Below, piece after piece: positions 28,611 through 37,559 of a DNA stretch of 64,000 nt. The stretch covers positions 8,209-72,208 of the IMG/VR virus record IMGVR_UViG_3300037245_001773. One strand, written 5' to 3'. Below the pieces are notes generated by a model. The model saw only the letters and a program-made list of their open reading frames with translations, was not told the origin of the DNA and ran no database searches. The first letter of the stretch is position 1. Each line of letters starts with the position of its first letter. The position numbers and the translations under genes were made by a program. The stretch comes from a virus.

Positions 28611-29647
28611 GCTGCTTTTTTCCTCGCCTCAACAGTATCGGGATGGCTCACACCTGTTATTTCGTCATAAATTGCCTGTGGCCAACAACGATCTTGAATA
28701 TCAGTTCCGGCATGATGCCTTTCACCTGCTCTTTTTCCCTTGAAAACTGTGACCGGGGGATCATTCCACTTAATTATCACCCCTTCTAGCCGTTTATGGT
28801 CTGAATATCCGTCTGAATTTGCCAATGATCTGACCCTGCCATCCTGCCTTGTTCTCCAAATATACTCAGTAACACCGGACTTTCTTTGGCGGGCCTCTTC
28901 AATATTGGCCGTCAACTTTCCGATCTGGTCACGGGCAATTAATCTGGCTCTATTTTTTGCGTTTCCTGTCAATTCCTGAATCTTCGCTCTTGCCGTGGCT
29001 GTCAATTCGCCTTTCCGTACAGCGTCTTTGGTGATTTGCTCTATCTGAGAAAAGTATTGACCCGGGACTGTTTTGATTAAAGAGATGTTTGCCTGCAAAG
29101 AATCTTGAATAAATTCATCCACGTTTAACTGTGCCGGTAATGGCTTGGTTCCGGTCTGTCTTTCGAATTCATTAACAAATTGCGTCTCTGTTTTTTCTTT
29201 GACTCTGTTTAAAAATGGTTTCACGGTTTTATTCAATGATCTGGTAAAAATCTCTTGCCTTGGTTCCGTGTTGGGTTTTACTGATTCGCCGAAAAACATG
29301 CTCTTCATTCTTGCGATCAATGCGGCTACCAGTGTGATTCCTGCCAGTTCTTTAAATTGTACGTCTAGCCTGATTTCTTTTATAAACGGGATGCCGATAA
29401 GGTCACAGGCTTCTTTTTTACTTATGAGACTGGTGTCGAATCGTTCTGTTTTATGGTTCGTTAATCTATCGAGTTCAGGGAGTAAGACTTTTTTTGTTAT
29501 TTCATCGATTTTGTTTATCTCTTTGATGATTGCCTTTCCGAATTCCATTTCGATCATGCGATTCTCGGGGGGTTCTTTGAAAGCGCGGGTCTTTCTCCTG
29601 TTTGATAGTTGTTTTTTGATTCGCTTTCTTTGTGCTTCAGTTGGCAT
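28607..29647 (-). CDS. Head morphogenesis protein (Mu gpF / SPP1 gp7 family)
   Basis: RARLIARDQIGKL, YIWRTRQDGRVR, H-x-x-L-E-G and GTDIQDRC motifs. Confidence 0.9.
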   Translation of the reverse strand: MPTEAQRKRIKKQLSNRRKTRAFKEPPENRMIEMEFGKAIIKEINKIDEITKKVLLPELDRLTNHKTERFDTSLISKKEACDLIGIPFIKEIRLDVQFKELAGITLVAALIARMKSMFFGESVKPNTEPRQEIFTRSLNKTVKPFLNRVKEKTETQFVNEFERQTGTKPLPAQLNVDEFIQDSLQANISLIKTVPGQYFSQIEQITKDAVRKGELTATARAKIQELTGNAKNRARLIARDQIGKLTANIEEARQRKSGVTEYIWRTRQDGRVRSLANSDGYSDHKRLEGVIIKWNDPPVTVFKGKRAGERHHAGTDIQDRCWPQAIYDEITGVSHPDTVEARKKAA

Positions 29648-30473
29648 TAATGGCTCTTAATGGTTTTGTTAGTGCGTCTTCTGTTGACCACCCGCGACCA
29701 ATCCTGTTGCTTATTACTTTTTTTGGTATCCCAGTTTTATTAGACCACTCCATGGCTGTCGCAGTAATTCCATTGTATGTGTGCAGGGCTGGCTTCTTTA
29801 TTTGTTTTGTTATGGCATCTTCGAAGCTCATTCCCTTTCGCATTCTGCTGTCAACAGTTTCCGGCTTTATGCCGTTCCTCCTGCACCATTGTGCAAATGT
29901 CAGTGTTTGATTTTCATACGTATAAAATGTATTTGATCTTCTGTTGTTTGCCTGCTCCATTGGAGTTGCCCACTTGCAATTGTCCGGAGAGTATCCCTTG
30001 TCGTTGTCTTCCCTTTCTATTGTCATTCCGTCCGGGACGTCTCCCATGTCTGAGTAGAAATTTTCAAACTTTGCCCACCTCTCACAGACTTTTATACCTC
30101 GGCCACCGTAGTATTTATAGTCTTTGTCATTCTCGTTGTGGCACCTATTCTTTATTTTTAGCCACCTTCTATATGACTTTGTTATTGTGCCATTTGATGA
30201 GTGCCCGTGTGTTGTTGCCCTTTTAATCAAAGACTTAATTTTTCCGCAGCCACAACTCTTCGTGTGCCCACTTATTAAATCATTTGATGCAACCTTTGTA
30301 ATAGACCCACAATCACAAACGCACAACCACATTATTTTTTTATTTTCGTAGTCAGTTCGGTACAGAACGTCGATATCTCCAAATCTTTTGCCGGATAAAA
30401 TGTATTTTAATTTTTTTCTCCTAATAGTATTAGGACCTTTCCTGGATTGTTGTAGCTCAAATAATATGCTCAT
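29637..30473 (-). CDS. HNH-type homing endonuclease (second copy)
   Basis: WLCVCDCG, TKSCGC, YYGGRGIKVCERW and TIEREDNDKGYSPDNCKWAT motifs; two C-terminal DNA-binding repeats. Confidence 0.88.
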   Translation of the reverse strand: MSILFELQQSRKGPNTIRRKKLKYILSGKRFGDIDVLYRTDYENKKIMWLCVCDCGSITKVASNDLISGHTKSCGCGKIKSLIKRATTHGHSSNGTITKSYRRWLKIKNRCHNENDKDYKYYGGRGIKVCERWAKFENFYSDMGDVPDGMTIEREDNDKGYSPDNCKWATPMEQANNRRSNTFYTYENQTLTFAQWCRRNGIKPETVDSRMRKGMSFEDAITKQIKKPALHTYNGITATAMEWSNKTGIPKKVISNRIGRGWSTEDALTKPLRAINAN

Positions 30474-30487
30474 AGTTTTCTGTTTAA

Positions 30488-31357
30488 TTACAAGTCTTTG
30501 TAATCACTAGAGGCGGCGTCGGTAATTGCTTTCTGTGCATCGCTCCCCTCAATCCCAAGCTCTGAAACCTTGAATTGAACTGTGCTCGAACGGGGTAATA
30601 CCCAATAAATTCTGTTGTTTGCGGGATCGTAAGTGCCGTTTACTTTCTGTCCGCTATAGAAAACTCCACTCAACTCAGCAGGCAAGCTGATGATTTCAGC
30701 AGTTCCAGTGAGGCTTGCAAGGCTGACAGTCGGACGTTGGCTGGAAACGAAAATTGAGACCTCATTTTCTCCCGCCCCACTACTCGGGGTAATTACAATC
30801 GCGGCCCCGGCGTAAGTGTCGGTTGTCGTTCCGGATACGGTTAAATCTTCTGGGACTGTAAAAGAGTATTGAGGTTTAGCGAGAACAACTTTATATGCTC
30901 CATCATCCAAGGCAAATACAACTATGCCGCTTGAATTGGTGTTTTTTGAGTCAAGCTTTACCGTTTGGGCTGCATTCCATACTTGAACTTCTACGCCTAG
31001 AATTGGGACTGGAACAGCATCGTTAACAGTGATCGTGACAGAATTAGCACCGGGACCAGAAGAGGCTGATTCAACCCATCCACCGACACGGAAGAAACCG
31101 GAATACTTCTTTGTGGTGGCGTCCACCATCGTCCAATAGTATTCAGCGAATGCGGTCGGAGGCGTTACCAGATCAGAAAGGGGATAGTAGAAAACTCCTG
31201 TTGTGCCAATTTGAACAGCTGTTCCGGTTGTCATTGCTTCCGGAGTTGCGGACCCGTCTTTATATACAGCGACGGTTATCGCATCAAGATTGGCGAATAC
31301 CCCGAGAAAGGAGTAGACTTTTGATGATGCAAATTCAGAGAGTTTTATTCTGTCCAT
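30488..31357 (-). CDS. Ig-like / carboxypeptidase-regulatory-like virion protein
   Basis: VTITVND-x-x-x-x-PILGVEV...TNSSGIVVFALDDGAYKV...YSFT. Confidence 0.65.
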   Translation of the reverse strand: MDRIKLSEFASSKVYSFLGVFANLDAITVAVYKDGSATPEAMTTGTAVQIGTTGVFYYPLSDLVTPPTAFAEYYWTMVDATTKKYSGFFRVGGWVESASSGPGANSVTITVNDAVPVPILGVEVQVWNAAQTVKLDSKNTNSSGIVVFALDDGAYKVVLAKPQYSFTVPEDLTVSGTTTDTYAGAAIVITPSSGAGENEVSIFVSSQRPTVSLASLTGTAEIISLPAELSGVFYSGQKVNGTYDPANNRIYWVLPRSSTVQFKVSELGIEGSDAQKAITDAASSDYKDL

Positions 31358-31635
31358 TATTTAGACTCCCATGCGCTTATGTTCTTCCATTCTCCAGTGG
31401 AATCATCCAGAATATCAAAGACACCTCCCCTGGTTTTTTTGTTCTTGTGCATTAAATCCCATATTTCTTTAAGGAATTCGGATACTGAGAGGCTATAATC
31501 AAGCTCAGGGTATTCTGTGCTGACCCTATCCTTTTTTCTCCTGTAATCAACATACCACTGAAGAGCGTCAACTTCGTCACCTTCAAAATCATCAGGTAGA
31601 TGGATGTATCCTATGAATTGGAGAATTTTCATCAC
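31357..31635 (-). CDS. Hypothetical protein
   Basis: Coupled ORF. Confidence 0.6.
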   Translation of the reverse strand: MMKILQFIGYIHLPDDFEGDEVDALQWYVDYRRKKDRVSTEYPELDYSLSVSEFLKEIWDLMHKNKKTRGGVFDILDDSTGEWKNISAWESK

Positions 31636-31805
31636 TTGGTCTCGCCTCTTTCTATCTCAAGGTTCATTTTTTCCAAAAGATCTTCAGGGACTTGTTTTAA
31701 GGACTTTAACTCTTCGATCAGGTCTTTAACATCACCATAGGGGCACGTTCTTAAATAAGCATACAACGCCCCTATAAATTCACCTTTGATTAAATGCATT
31801 ATATT

Positions 31806-32330
31806 TTACCAGCTTGCAATCGCAACACGTTCCCATTCATCTGTTCCCACACAAATATAGATGAAGTCAGCATCCCATGCGATAGTCCCGGCTGTTCCAG
31901 TATCATTTGCTGCTGATGGGGTTTTAGTTGCTGTTATCAAAAGACCTGAAGCCGTAATATTAACCCCGGTGATATTTCCAGAGGCCGCAAAATCAACCGA
32001 CCCTGCGTTACCAGTTACCGCGAGAATACCTGGGAGTGTCACGGTTCCAGCATCATCAATGATGACCTCATGTTCAACCCCGGCACCATCCTGGAAATAA
32101 GCCTTGTTATCGGCCTTGTAATAGATTGTCCCGAAGTCCGGCACCGCTGTCGGGGTTGTGATCTCAGGGAGCCCAACAAATCCAGCTGTCACAGTCAACG
32201 CCTTGAGTGTCACTGTTGTGGCCGCTTCGACACTTGCCACAATCTCAGATGCCGTTCCTGATTTCCAATCCGTACCGATGTGCGCGTCAATCAAGGCGAT
32301 TATTTCGCCTGCTCTCACTGTTCCGTACAT
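31806..32330 (-). CDS. Fibre-like virion protein
   Basis: C-terminal TPSAANDTGTAGTIAWDADFIYICVGTDEWERVAIASW motif, typical of viral fibre proteins. Confidence 0.65.
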   Translation of the reverse strand: MYGTVRAGEIIALIDAHIGTDWKSGTASEIVASVEAATTVTLKALTVTAGFVGLPEITTPTAVPDFGTIYYKADNKAYFQDGAGVEHEVIIDDAGTVTLPGILAVTGNAGSVDFAASGNITGVNITASGLLITATKTPSAANDTGTAGTIAWDADFIYICVGTDEWERVAIASW

Positions 32331-32476
32331 TACTTGTCCTCCTTTTTTTCTTCTTCTTTCTTGCCGAAATTAAACTTGTCTTTCCGTTCGTTCAATCCTT
32401 TTTCGTGAGCTTCCTTTGCCATCATTCCGGCGTCTTTTTTCTCTTCCTTTTCTTTCTTCTCAAAATTAAATGGCAT
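32330..32476 (-). CDS. Small K/E-rich peptide, 48 aa (not in ORF track)
   Basis: AAGGAG RBS; MPFNFEKKEKEEKK...KFNFGKKEEEKKEDK; TAATG coupling. Confidence 0.6.
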   Translation of the reverse strand: MPFNFEKKEKEEKKDAGMMAKEAHEKGLNERKDKFNFGKKEEEKKEDK

Positions 32477-32506
32477 GTTTTCTCCTTTATTTTGGTTTCT
32501 GTTTTA

Positions 32507-32535
32507 ACGATACACTGAACATTTGTTCTTGTCAA
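32507..32535 (-). promoter_or_regulatory. Sigma70 promoter with a GAAC-N4-GTTC palindrome in the spacer
   Basis: TTGACA-N17-TATCGT; GAACATTTGTTC at 32517-32528. Confidence 0.65.
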
Positions 32536-32544
32536 ATTTTCAGT

Positions 32545-34818
32545 TTATACCCCTATCATTATCACATTATCTGGTAATGTTGCGTGGCTTGATGTTTTCC
32601 ATAATTCATTTGCAATAGCTCCAGATCCTATCTGTGTCGCTCCTGACTTCATATTCGTCAGCAATGTGGGGTTGGTAAGGTCAAGCGTTTGATTTGGGGA
32701 CCTGCCAGCCAATAAAAGGTATTGAGCGTGATCATCGTCGGCCAAACCCGCCATATCTCCGTGATCACTTACACCCGCATTAGCAAATAACTGATCAAAC
32801 GCTGAAGATATTGTTGCTGTGTCCGATGATTTTTGAAATGTAAACCTTGCAGCTAATAAAGATGTTTCTGTTATTTTTGACGGTAAGGATGAACTGGGAA
32901 CCGCTTCATTGTCAGCCGCAAATTCCGAATTATGTTGAGCGCGTCCATAAACCATAACAATATGGTCATCTGGTTCAATAAAAAAGAATAAGTTGGCCCA
33001 CTTGTTATTGCTTAAAGTGGTCAATGTTCCAGCATTGTCATATTGTAAATTATTCCATTGGGATGCTGCCGCTTCCTCTTGTCCTCCCGCTGAATATGTT
33101 GAAAAGGTATCTGCACCCGAAGTGTTGAAAGTGGATATGGGATATTCAGTTCTGCCCCACCAAATCGATCCTGACGTCACGGAAACATCTCTATTAGCAT
33201 CTCCTGACTGTCCGAAAATCAATCCACCTTTTCTTTTATCTCTACTTAAACCAAAGACCCGTCTGATAAATCTACCGGCCTGACCTATGCTTTCTTGGAG
33301 TCTAACTCCCAATGAAAAAACATGTTCGACAGCTCCGTTTTCTTTTGTGACTACTCCAATTTGAATTTTATCAGGAGTTTCTAAAAACTCATCTGTGCTT
33401 AATGAGATAACGCCTGAATCATCGACGTAAACATATTGAGTAGTGTTATCTGTAACCGCTATACCTAGTGATTCTGACCACTTGAAAGACTGCAATTCAG
33501 CGTTAGGATCATTAGTTGTGCGGATAAACCCTGATCCGGCAGATACGTCAAGAGTTCCTGATCCACCATCACTTAAGATGCCACCCAGGAAGAAACCGGA
33601 TGATCCTGTATTGTCTAGATACTCTTGTAATTGATCTACTGTTGGGGTGCCTGATCCTTTGGCAATAGACACCGAACTGCTTGGAACTTCAGAAAAGTTT
33701 GTACCCTTGAATGTTGGGCTTGATCCGCTGGTTACATCTTGGTCAATAAGTGAATGATCACTGCCATCTGACCCACGATGAGTATCATTAAGCGCTACGT
33801 TGGCGTGATCTGATCCGTTCCCAGATCTATGAGAATTATTTAAAACAACGTCGGAATGGTCTTTTCCGTCACTTGACCGATGAGTATCGTTTAGAGCAAC
33901 GTTTGCATGGTCAGACCCATTTCCGGTTCGATGACTATTGTTCAGTACTAGGTCGGAATGATCCTTGCCATCTGAAGTTTTGTGTGTCGTATTTAAAGCA
34001 ACATCTGAGTGATCAGAACCGCTCCCCGATCTATGAGAGTTATTAAGAACTACATCTGAGTGATTCTTCCCGTCCGAACTTCGATGAGTTGTATTTGCGT
34101 CAACATTCGTATTGGCGTTGACTCTCGCTTCAGTATAATAAAGATTCGATCCCTCCTCAACATCGTCTGTATTTTGAGTTTCCCATATTGCGTCCCCTGC
34201 CTCGCCTGAATCTTTTGTTAAATGCTGGCCTGCTGTCCCGTCTGGAGGCAGACCCAGTTTCCAATCTGACGTACCTAAAATCTTGGTAAATTCGGCAATG
34301 ATCTCTTTTGCATCGATTCCAGCATGAGAGGGTAGTTTGATTTTGCCTGACTTCAATTGCTTGACAAGTTCGATAATATCTTGCTTGCGGTCTTTAATCA
34401 GTTGGGTAACGTCGATTAAATCAGCTATTTCTTTTTTGTCTCTGTCTGTCAGTGGGAGGGGTTGAGCGTCTTGACCGGGCTCTCCCTGCTCACCGGGAAT
34501 GCCTTGTTCACCATCTTTGGGTACTTCGATTTGATCAAGTACGGATTTTTGAAAGGCTTCTTTTACTTCAGGGGAAAATATTTCATCCCGATAAAAGTCA
34601 ACTCGCTTTTCATCGTCTGTGGATTTGACTTGATCTAAAAGCTGTTTGACTATTTCTGATGAATCTAACTTAGGGGTTTGGATTGAGGATTGAACGCGCG
34701 CAACTATATTGTCAATTTCAGATTGATCGAAACGTATTTTTCTTTTGTCTAACTGTTCGATTATCTCTGATATAATTTCAAACTTTAATTTTTCTCTTGA
34801 TTCAGGGGTTGCTTTCAA
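32545..34818 (-). CDS. Large fibre-like head-module protein (coiled coil, short collagen stretch, His repeats, beta-rich C-terminus)
   Basis: GEQGIPGEQGEPG, GTAGQHLTK, TDDVEEGSNLYYTEAR and DHGDMAGLADDDHAQY fibre motifs. Confidence 0.75.
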   Translation of the reverse strand: MKATPESREKLKFEIISEIIEQLDKRKIRFDQSEIDNIVARVQSSIQTPKLDSSEIVKQLLDQVKSTDDEKRVDFYRDEIFSPEVKEAFQKSVLDQIEVPKDGEQGIPGEQGEPGQDAQPLPLTDRDKKEIADLIDVTQLIKDRKQDIIELVKQLKSGKIKLPSHAGIDAKEIIAEFTKILGTSDWKLGLPPDGTAGQHLTKDSGEAGDAIWETQNTDDVEEGSNLYYTEARVNANTNVDANTTHRSSDGKNHSDVVLNNSHRSGSGSDHSDVALNTTHKTSDGKDHSDLVLNNSHRTGNGSDHANVALNDTHRSSDGKDHSDVVLNNSHRSGNGSDHANVALNDTHRGSDGSDHSLIDQDVTSGSSPTFKGTNFSEVPSSSVSIAKGSGTPTVDQLQEYLDNTGSSGFFLGGILSDGGSGTLDVSAGSGFIRTTNDPNAELQSFKWSESLGIAVTDNTTQYVYVDDSGVISLSTDEFLETPDKIQIGVVTKENGAVEHVFSLGVRLQESIGQAGRFIRRVFGLSRDKRKGGLIFGQSGDANRDVSVTSGSIWWGRTEYPISTFNTSGADTFSTYSAGGQEEAAASQWNNLQYDNAGTLTTLSNNKWANLFFFIEPDDHIVMVYGRAQHNSEFAADNEAVPSSSLPSKITETSLLAARFTFQKSSDTATISSAFDQLFANAGVSDHGDMAGLADDDHAQYLLLAGRSPNQTLDLTNPTLLTNMKSGATQIGSGAIANELWKTSSHATLPDNVIMIGV
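33739..34095 (-). repeat. Seven tandem 51-nt (17-aa) His-x7-His repeats
   Basis: NTTHRSSDGKNHSDVVL and NNSHRSGSGSDHSDVAL types alternate; 357 nt = 7 x 51. Confidence 0.9.
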
Positions 34819-36563
34819 ATCTCTATTTCCTGATCTAGTTTTTTGCTGATTTCATCAAGTCCCTTCTGAATATCGTCTATCTCTTTCGCATGGTCGATCT
34901 GTTCCGGGATTTTAACGTTGACAATTGGGGCTTCTACGATTATCTGTGGTTCGAGTTTTATGATTTGGTCTTTCTTTTCTTCTGGCTTCTCTGGAATTTC
35001 CGGTGGAATGACTTGATTCTGTTTTGCGGCCTCATCACTGATGGCCTTTTCCATCTTGATGCCTTCGAGTTCTTCAGCCATTGCGTCGGCCTCTTCCGGG
35101 GTGAACTCGTCTTTCATTTCTTCCCGGGCTTTGAAATCGATGATCATAGATTCAAGGTCAACCGTGTCCTTACTGAAACGAGATATTCCGACTTCTTCAG
35201 GACTTACAACGTTTAAATTAACGTAAATTTCATCCTTTTGAGCTACAGTGTAGGCTGTATCGGCCTTGTCTTTGTCTGATTGTTCCTGTAATGGGTTGAA
35301 TACGTATGACGGTAATTCTGTCAGCATTCCGACTGCCATATTCACAAACGTCATGAACTCATTTAACCATGGCCTGAGTTGAATCTCTTGTTTTGAGTGG
35401 ATCCCATTGAAATATGTTCTAGTGTCTGATTCAGAAGATGTTCCCCCTAGATTGCCTGACTCAGAAGAGAAAAATCTTGATTTGGGGATACTTGCGGCCC
35501 CGCATATTGCCTCTGTGTACCTGTCCCATAGGTCGGCAAGACCGGTTATTGGCGTTCCTTTGCGCTCCATTTTCTCTGAATCGGCATCATACACATTGAG
35601 ACGGTTCGACGTCATATTAAAATGAGTCATAGCCAAGCGGTCAAGTATATAGTCAGGGTCGCTTCCGGTCATCACTTTTTCTGCCAGGCCCTTCATTCCG
35701 AGATAATCCTGGGTGAAGGTTTCCATTGTGCTGTTGGATTCCGTGACACAGATACCATAGTCTCTCAGAGCTGTATAAACTGCCTGCAGCTCTGAATCAT
35801 CCCACCCTCTGTTGAGAGTACGTGGTGTTTGAGTGGTGAAACGTCCGTCCATGCGGATAAGTCTGGATTCGTGAACGTTCAGCGTCTTGCCGCCTGCGGG
35901 TTCCCTGATAATGACTTGGTAATGTTCAGGTTGTAACCATTTGGGGTCGTTTACGTCTTGATACCATGTAACAGGGATTGCAAACCATGCCGGAACCTGC
36001 CTAACCCACCTGATTTCTGAGACTTGATTTTCATTGAGAGGTTCCCAGAAATCATCAGGACCGCTAACGTCATCAAAATTAAACACGGTCACAGAACCAC
36101 CGGACGCGCGCGCGAGGGCTATGGACTGGAAAGCTGTTTGCCATAACTTGAACTGCTCATTCAGGAGATCATCGAAGTCTTCTACCTCTTTTTGGATTTT
36201 TATTTGATCTGTGGCTTCTTTTTCTTCACCTTCTTTTGATTCGTCGTCGTCGTTGTGCTTGTATGAGATACCATTGCGGGTCATGTCTTCGCTCGGCGCG
36301 TCTATAATTTTTCTAGAAACCCAATCAGACTGGTAAAGATCTTCTTGTTGTACGGTGTCTACTTTTGGAATGCCGGTGTATTGTGAGTTTGCCACGGGAT
36401 GTTGGGCGCGCGTTCCAAATCCGGTTGATGGATTGGTCCATGCGTCCATTCTTTTGGAACGTGGGATTCTTAAGGCTGGGTCGATGTCTTTGAGCGGTTT
36501 TAGGTCGTAACCCTTTGAGGCTAACAGTAATCTTTCGTCTGCGAATGCGTTGGATTGCGCCAT
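34815..36563 (-). CDS. Portal protein (DUF1073 family)
   Basis: LYQSDWVSRKIIDAPSEDMTRNG, VHESRLIRMDG and ICGAASIPKSRFF motifs. Confidence 0.9.
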   Translation of the reverse strand: MAQSNAFADERLLLASKGYDLKPLKDIDPALRIPRSKRMDAWTNPSTGFGTRAQHPVANSQYTGIPKVDTVQQEDLYQSDWVSRKIIDAPSEDMTRNGISYKHNDDDESKEGEEKEATDQIKIQKEVEDFDDLLNEQFKLWQTAFQSIALARASGGSVTVFNFDDVSGPDDFWEPLNENQVSEIRWVRQVPAWFAIPVTWYQDVNDPKWLQPEHYQVIIREPAGGKTLNVHESRLIRMDGRFTTQTPRTLNRGWDDSELQAVYTALRDYGICVTESNSTMETFTQDYLGMKGLAEKVMTGSDPDYILDRLAMTHFNMTSNRLNVYDADSEKMERKGTPITGLADLWDRYTEAICGAASIPKSRFFSSESGNLGGTSSESDTRTYFNGIHSKQEIQLRPWLNEFMTFVNMAVGMLTELPSYVFNPLQEQSDKDKADTAYTVAQKDEIYVNLNVVSPEEVGISRFSKDTVDLESMIIDFKAREEMKDEFTPEEADAMAEELEGIKMEKAISDEAAKQNQVIPPEIPEKPEEKKDQIIKLEPQIIVEAPIVNVKIPEQIDHAKEIDDIQKGLDEISKKLDQEIEI

Positions 36564-36590
36564 TGATACCCTGCTGATTGTTTTTCTCTT

Positions 36591-36619
36591 ATCTTACAGG
36601 GTACATTTGTTCTTGTCAA
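36591..36619 (-). promoter_or_regulatory. Promoter of the morphogenesis operon with a near-palindromic GAAC-N4-GTAC box
   Basis: TTGACA-N17-TAAGAT; box at the same offset as in the 32507 promoter. Confidence 0.7.
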
Positions 36620-36641
36620 ATCTCTAATTACCTGAACGCAA

Positions 36642-36677
36642 AAAGACCACCAACACTCTCTTGAATGCGGTGGTCTC
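36642..36677. terminator. Hairpin, possible terminator upstream of the portal promoter
   Basis: AGACCACC...GGTGGTCT inverted repeat, followed by TTTT on the minus strand. Confidence 0.45.
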
Positions 36678-36714
36678 AGCTTTCTCTATGCTCTGTTCCG
36701 GTTTATACTTTATC

Positions 36715-37083
36715 TTAACCGGCCAGGGCTGCCAGATCTCGTTTTTGTGTGTTGTTTGCCGTCAGGGGCGATAAATCCAGACCGATCCCCGTTCGGTGTG
36801 CCGCCTCCCAATGGTTAAGAATTCCGGCAATTAGGGTTTCGGACCTTGTAATTGTATTTGGCTCCGTTTTGCTGCTGGCTTCGTTGGGGATAATATAGAT
36901 AGTCTCGTTGTCGAATTGACTAACATCACGACAATGAACGGTGTTGGCCGTTGACTGTCCCATAAAAACGGGGGTAACGAATTCCGGCACGCTTTGTGAC
37001 ATTCCAAGTTCAGCCGCAAAAATTACGGGACTGAACAAGATTGCCAACATGAAGGCCAGAATACTGAATAAACTTAATTTCAA
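36715..37083 (-). CDS. Secreted hypothetical protein
   Basis: Signal peptide; GAGG RBS with TTG start. Confidence 0.55.
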   Translation of the reverse strand: MKLSLFSILAFMLAILFSPVIFAAELGMSQSVPEFVTPVFMGQSTANTVHCRDVSQFDNETIYIIPNEASSKTEPNTITRSETLIAGILNHWEAAHRTGIGLDLSPLTANNTQKRDLAALAG

Positions 37084-37276
37084 TTTAACCTCTTTGCAAA
37101 GATATTAAAGGAGGCGATTAACCGGATCGCCTTTTCCGGTCGTACTGTATGTTTTAACTATCTCATATTGAATACCTTTTTGTCAAGTAATTTTTAAGGC
37201 AGGTTAAAGCTAATCCTCAGAACACCGAAGAACACAAACAGAGCAAAGCAGACTATTAGCATTTTAGATTCAAAGC

Positions 37277-37540
37277 TCATTTTGGCGGGTCCGGTAATGG
37301 CATCCAGTGAGTTACTGGATAATTTAACTCACATTCACACTCATTTTCGGAAACAAAAACATTGTCTGGGAAATCCATATAATTTTCCTTGTAAAACTCA
37401 CTATCTGCTGGATTGATGAGCCTCCCAACTGATTGACCGCCCGCCTTACTATATACTAAGATAGGAACGCTTTTCCAGCATTTAGTGAGTTTTAATATTC
37501 CACCGGGCGGTAACCGTTCTTTGACGTTTATCCAGTTCAT
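37277..37540 (-). CDS. DUF551-family protein
   Basis: MNWINVKERLP...VTHWMPLPDPP. Confidence 0.85.
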   Translation of the reverse strand: MNWINVKERLPPGGILKLTKCWKSVPILVYSKAGGQSVGRLINPADSEFYKENYMDFPDNVFVSENECECELNYPVTHWMPLPDPPK

Positions 37541-37559
37541 ATAATCTTGTATGGAGGTA

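Noticed and set aside
29637-30473. Group I intron around the HNH genes (also 437-1120)
   Set aside because: Flanking genes look complete and the spacers are too short for an intron core; treated as free-standing endonucleases
33739-34095. Possible CRISPR-like array
   Set aside because: The repeats are in-frame 51-nt coding units conserved at the protein level with codon divergence; there are no unique spacers or cas genes
34815-36563. Reading the DUF1073 protein as anti-CBASS Acb1, a label sometimes given to this family
   Set aside because: Size, motifs and position at the head of the morphogenesis operon fit a portal; I see no fused 2H-phosphodiesterase domain
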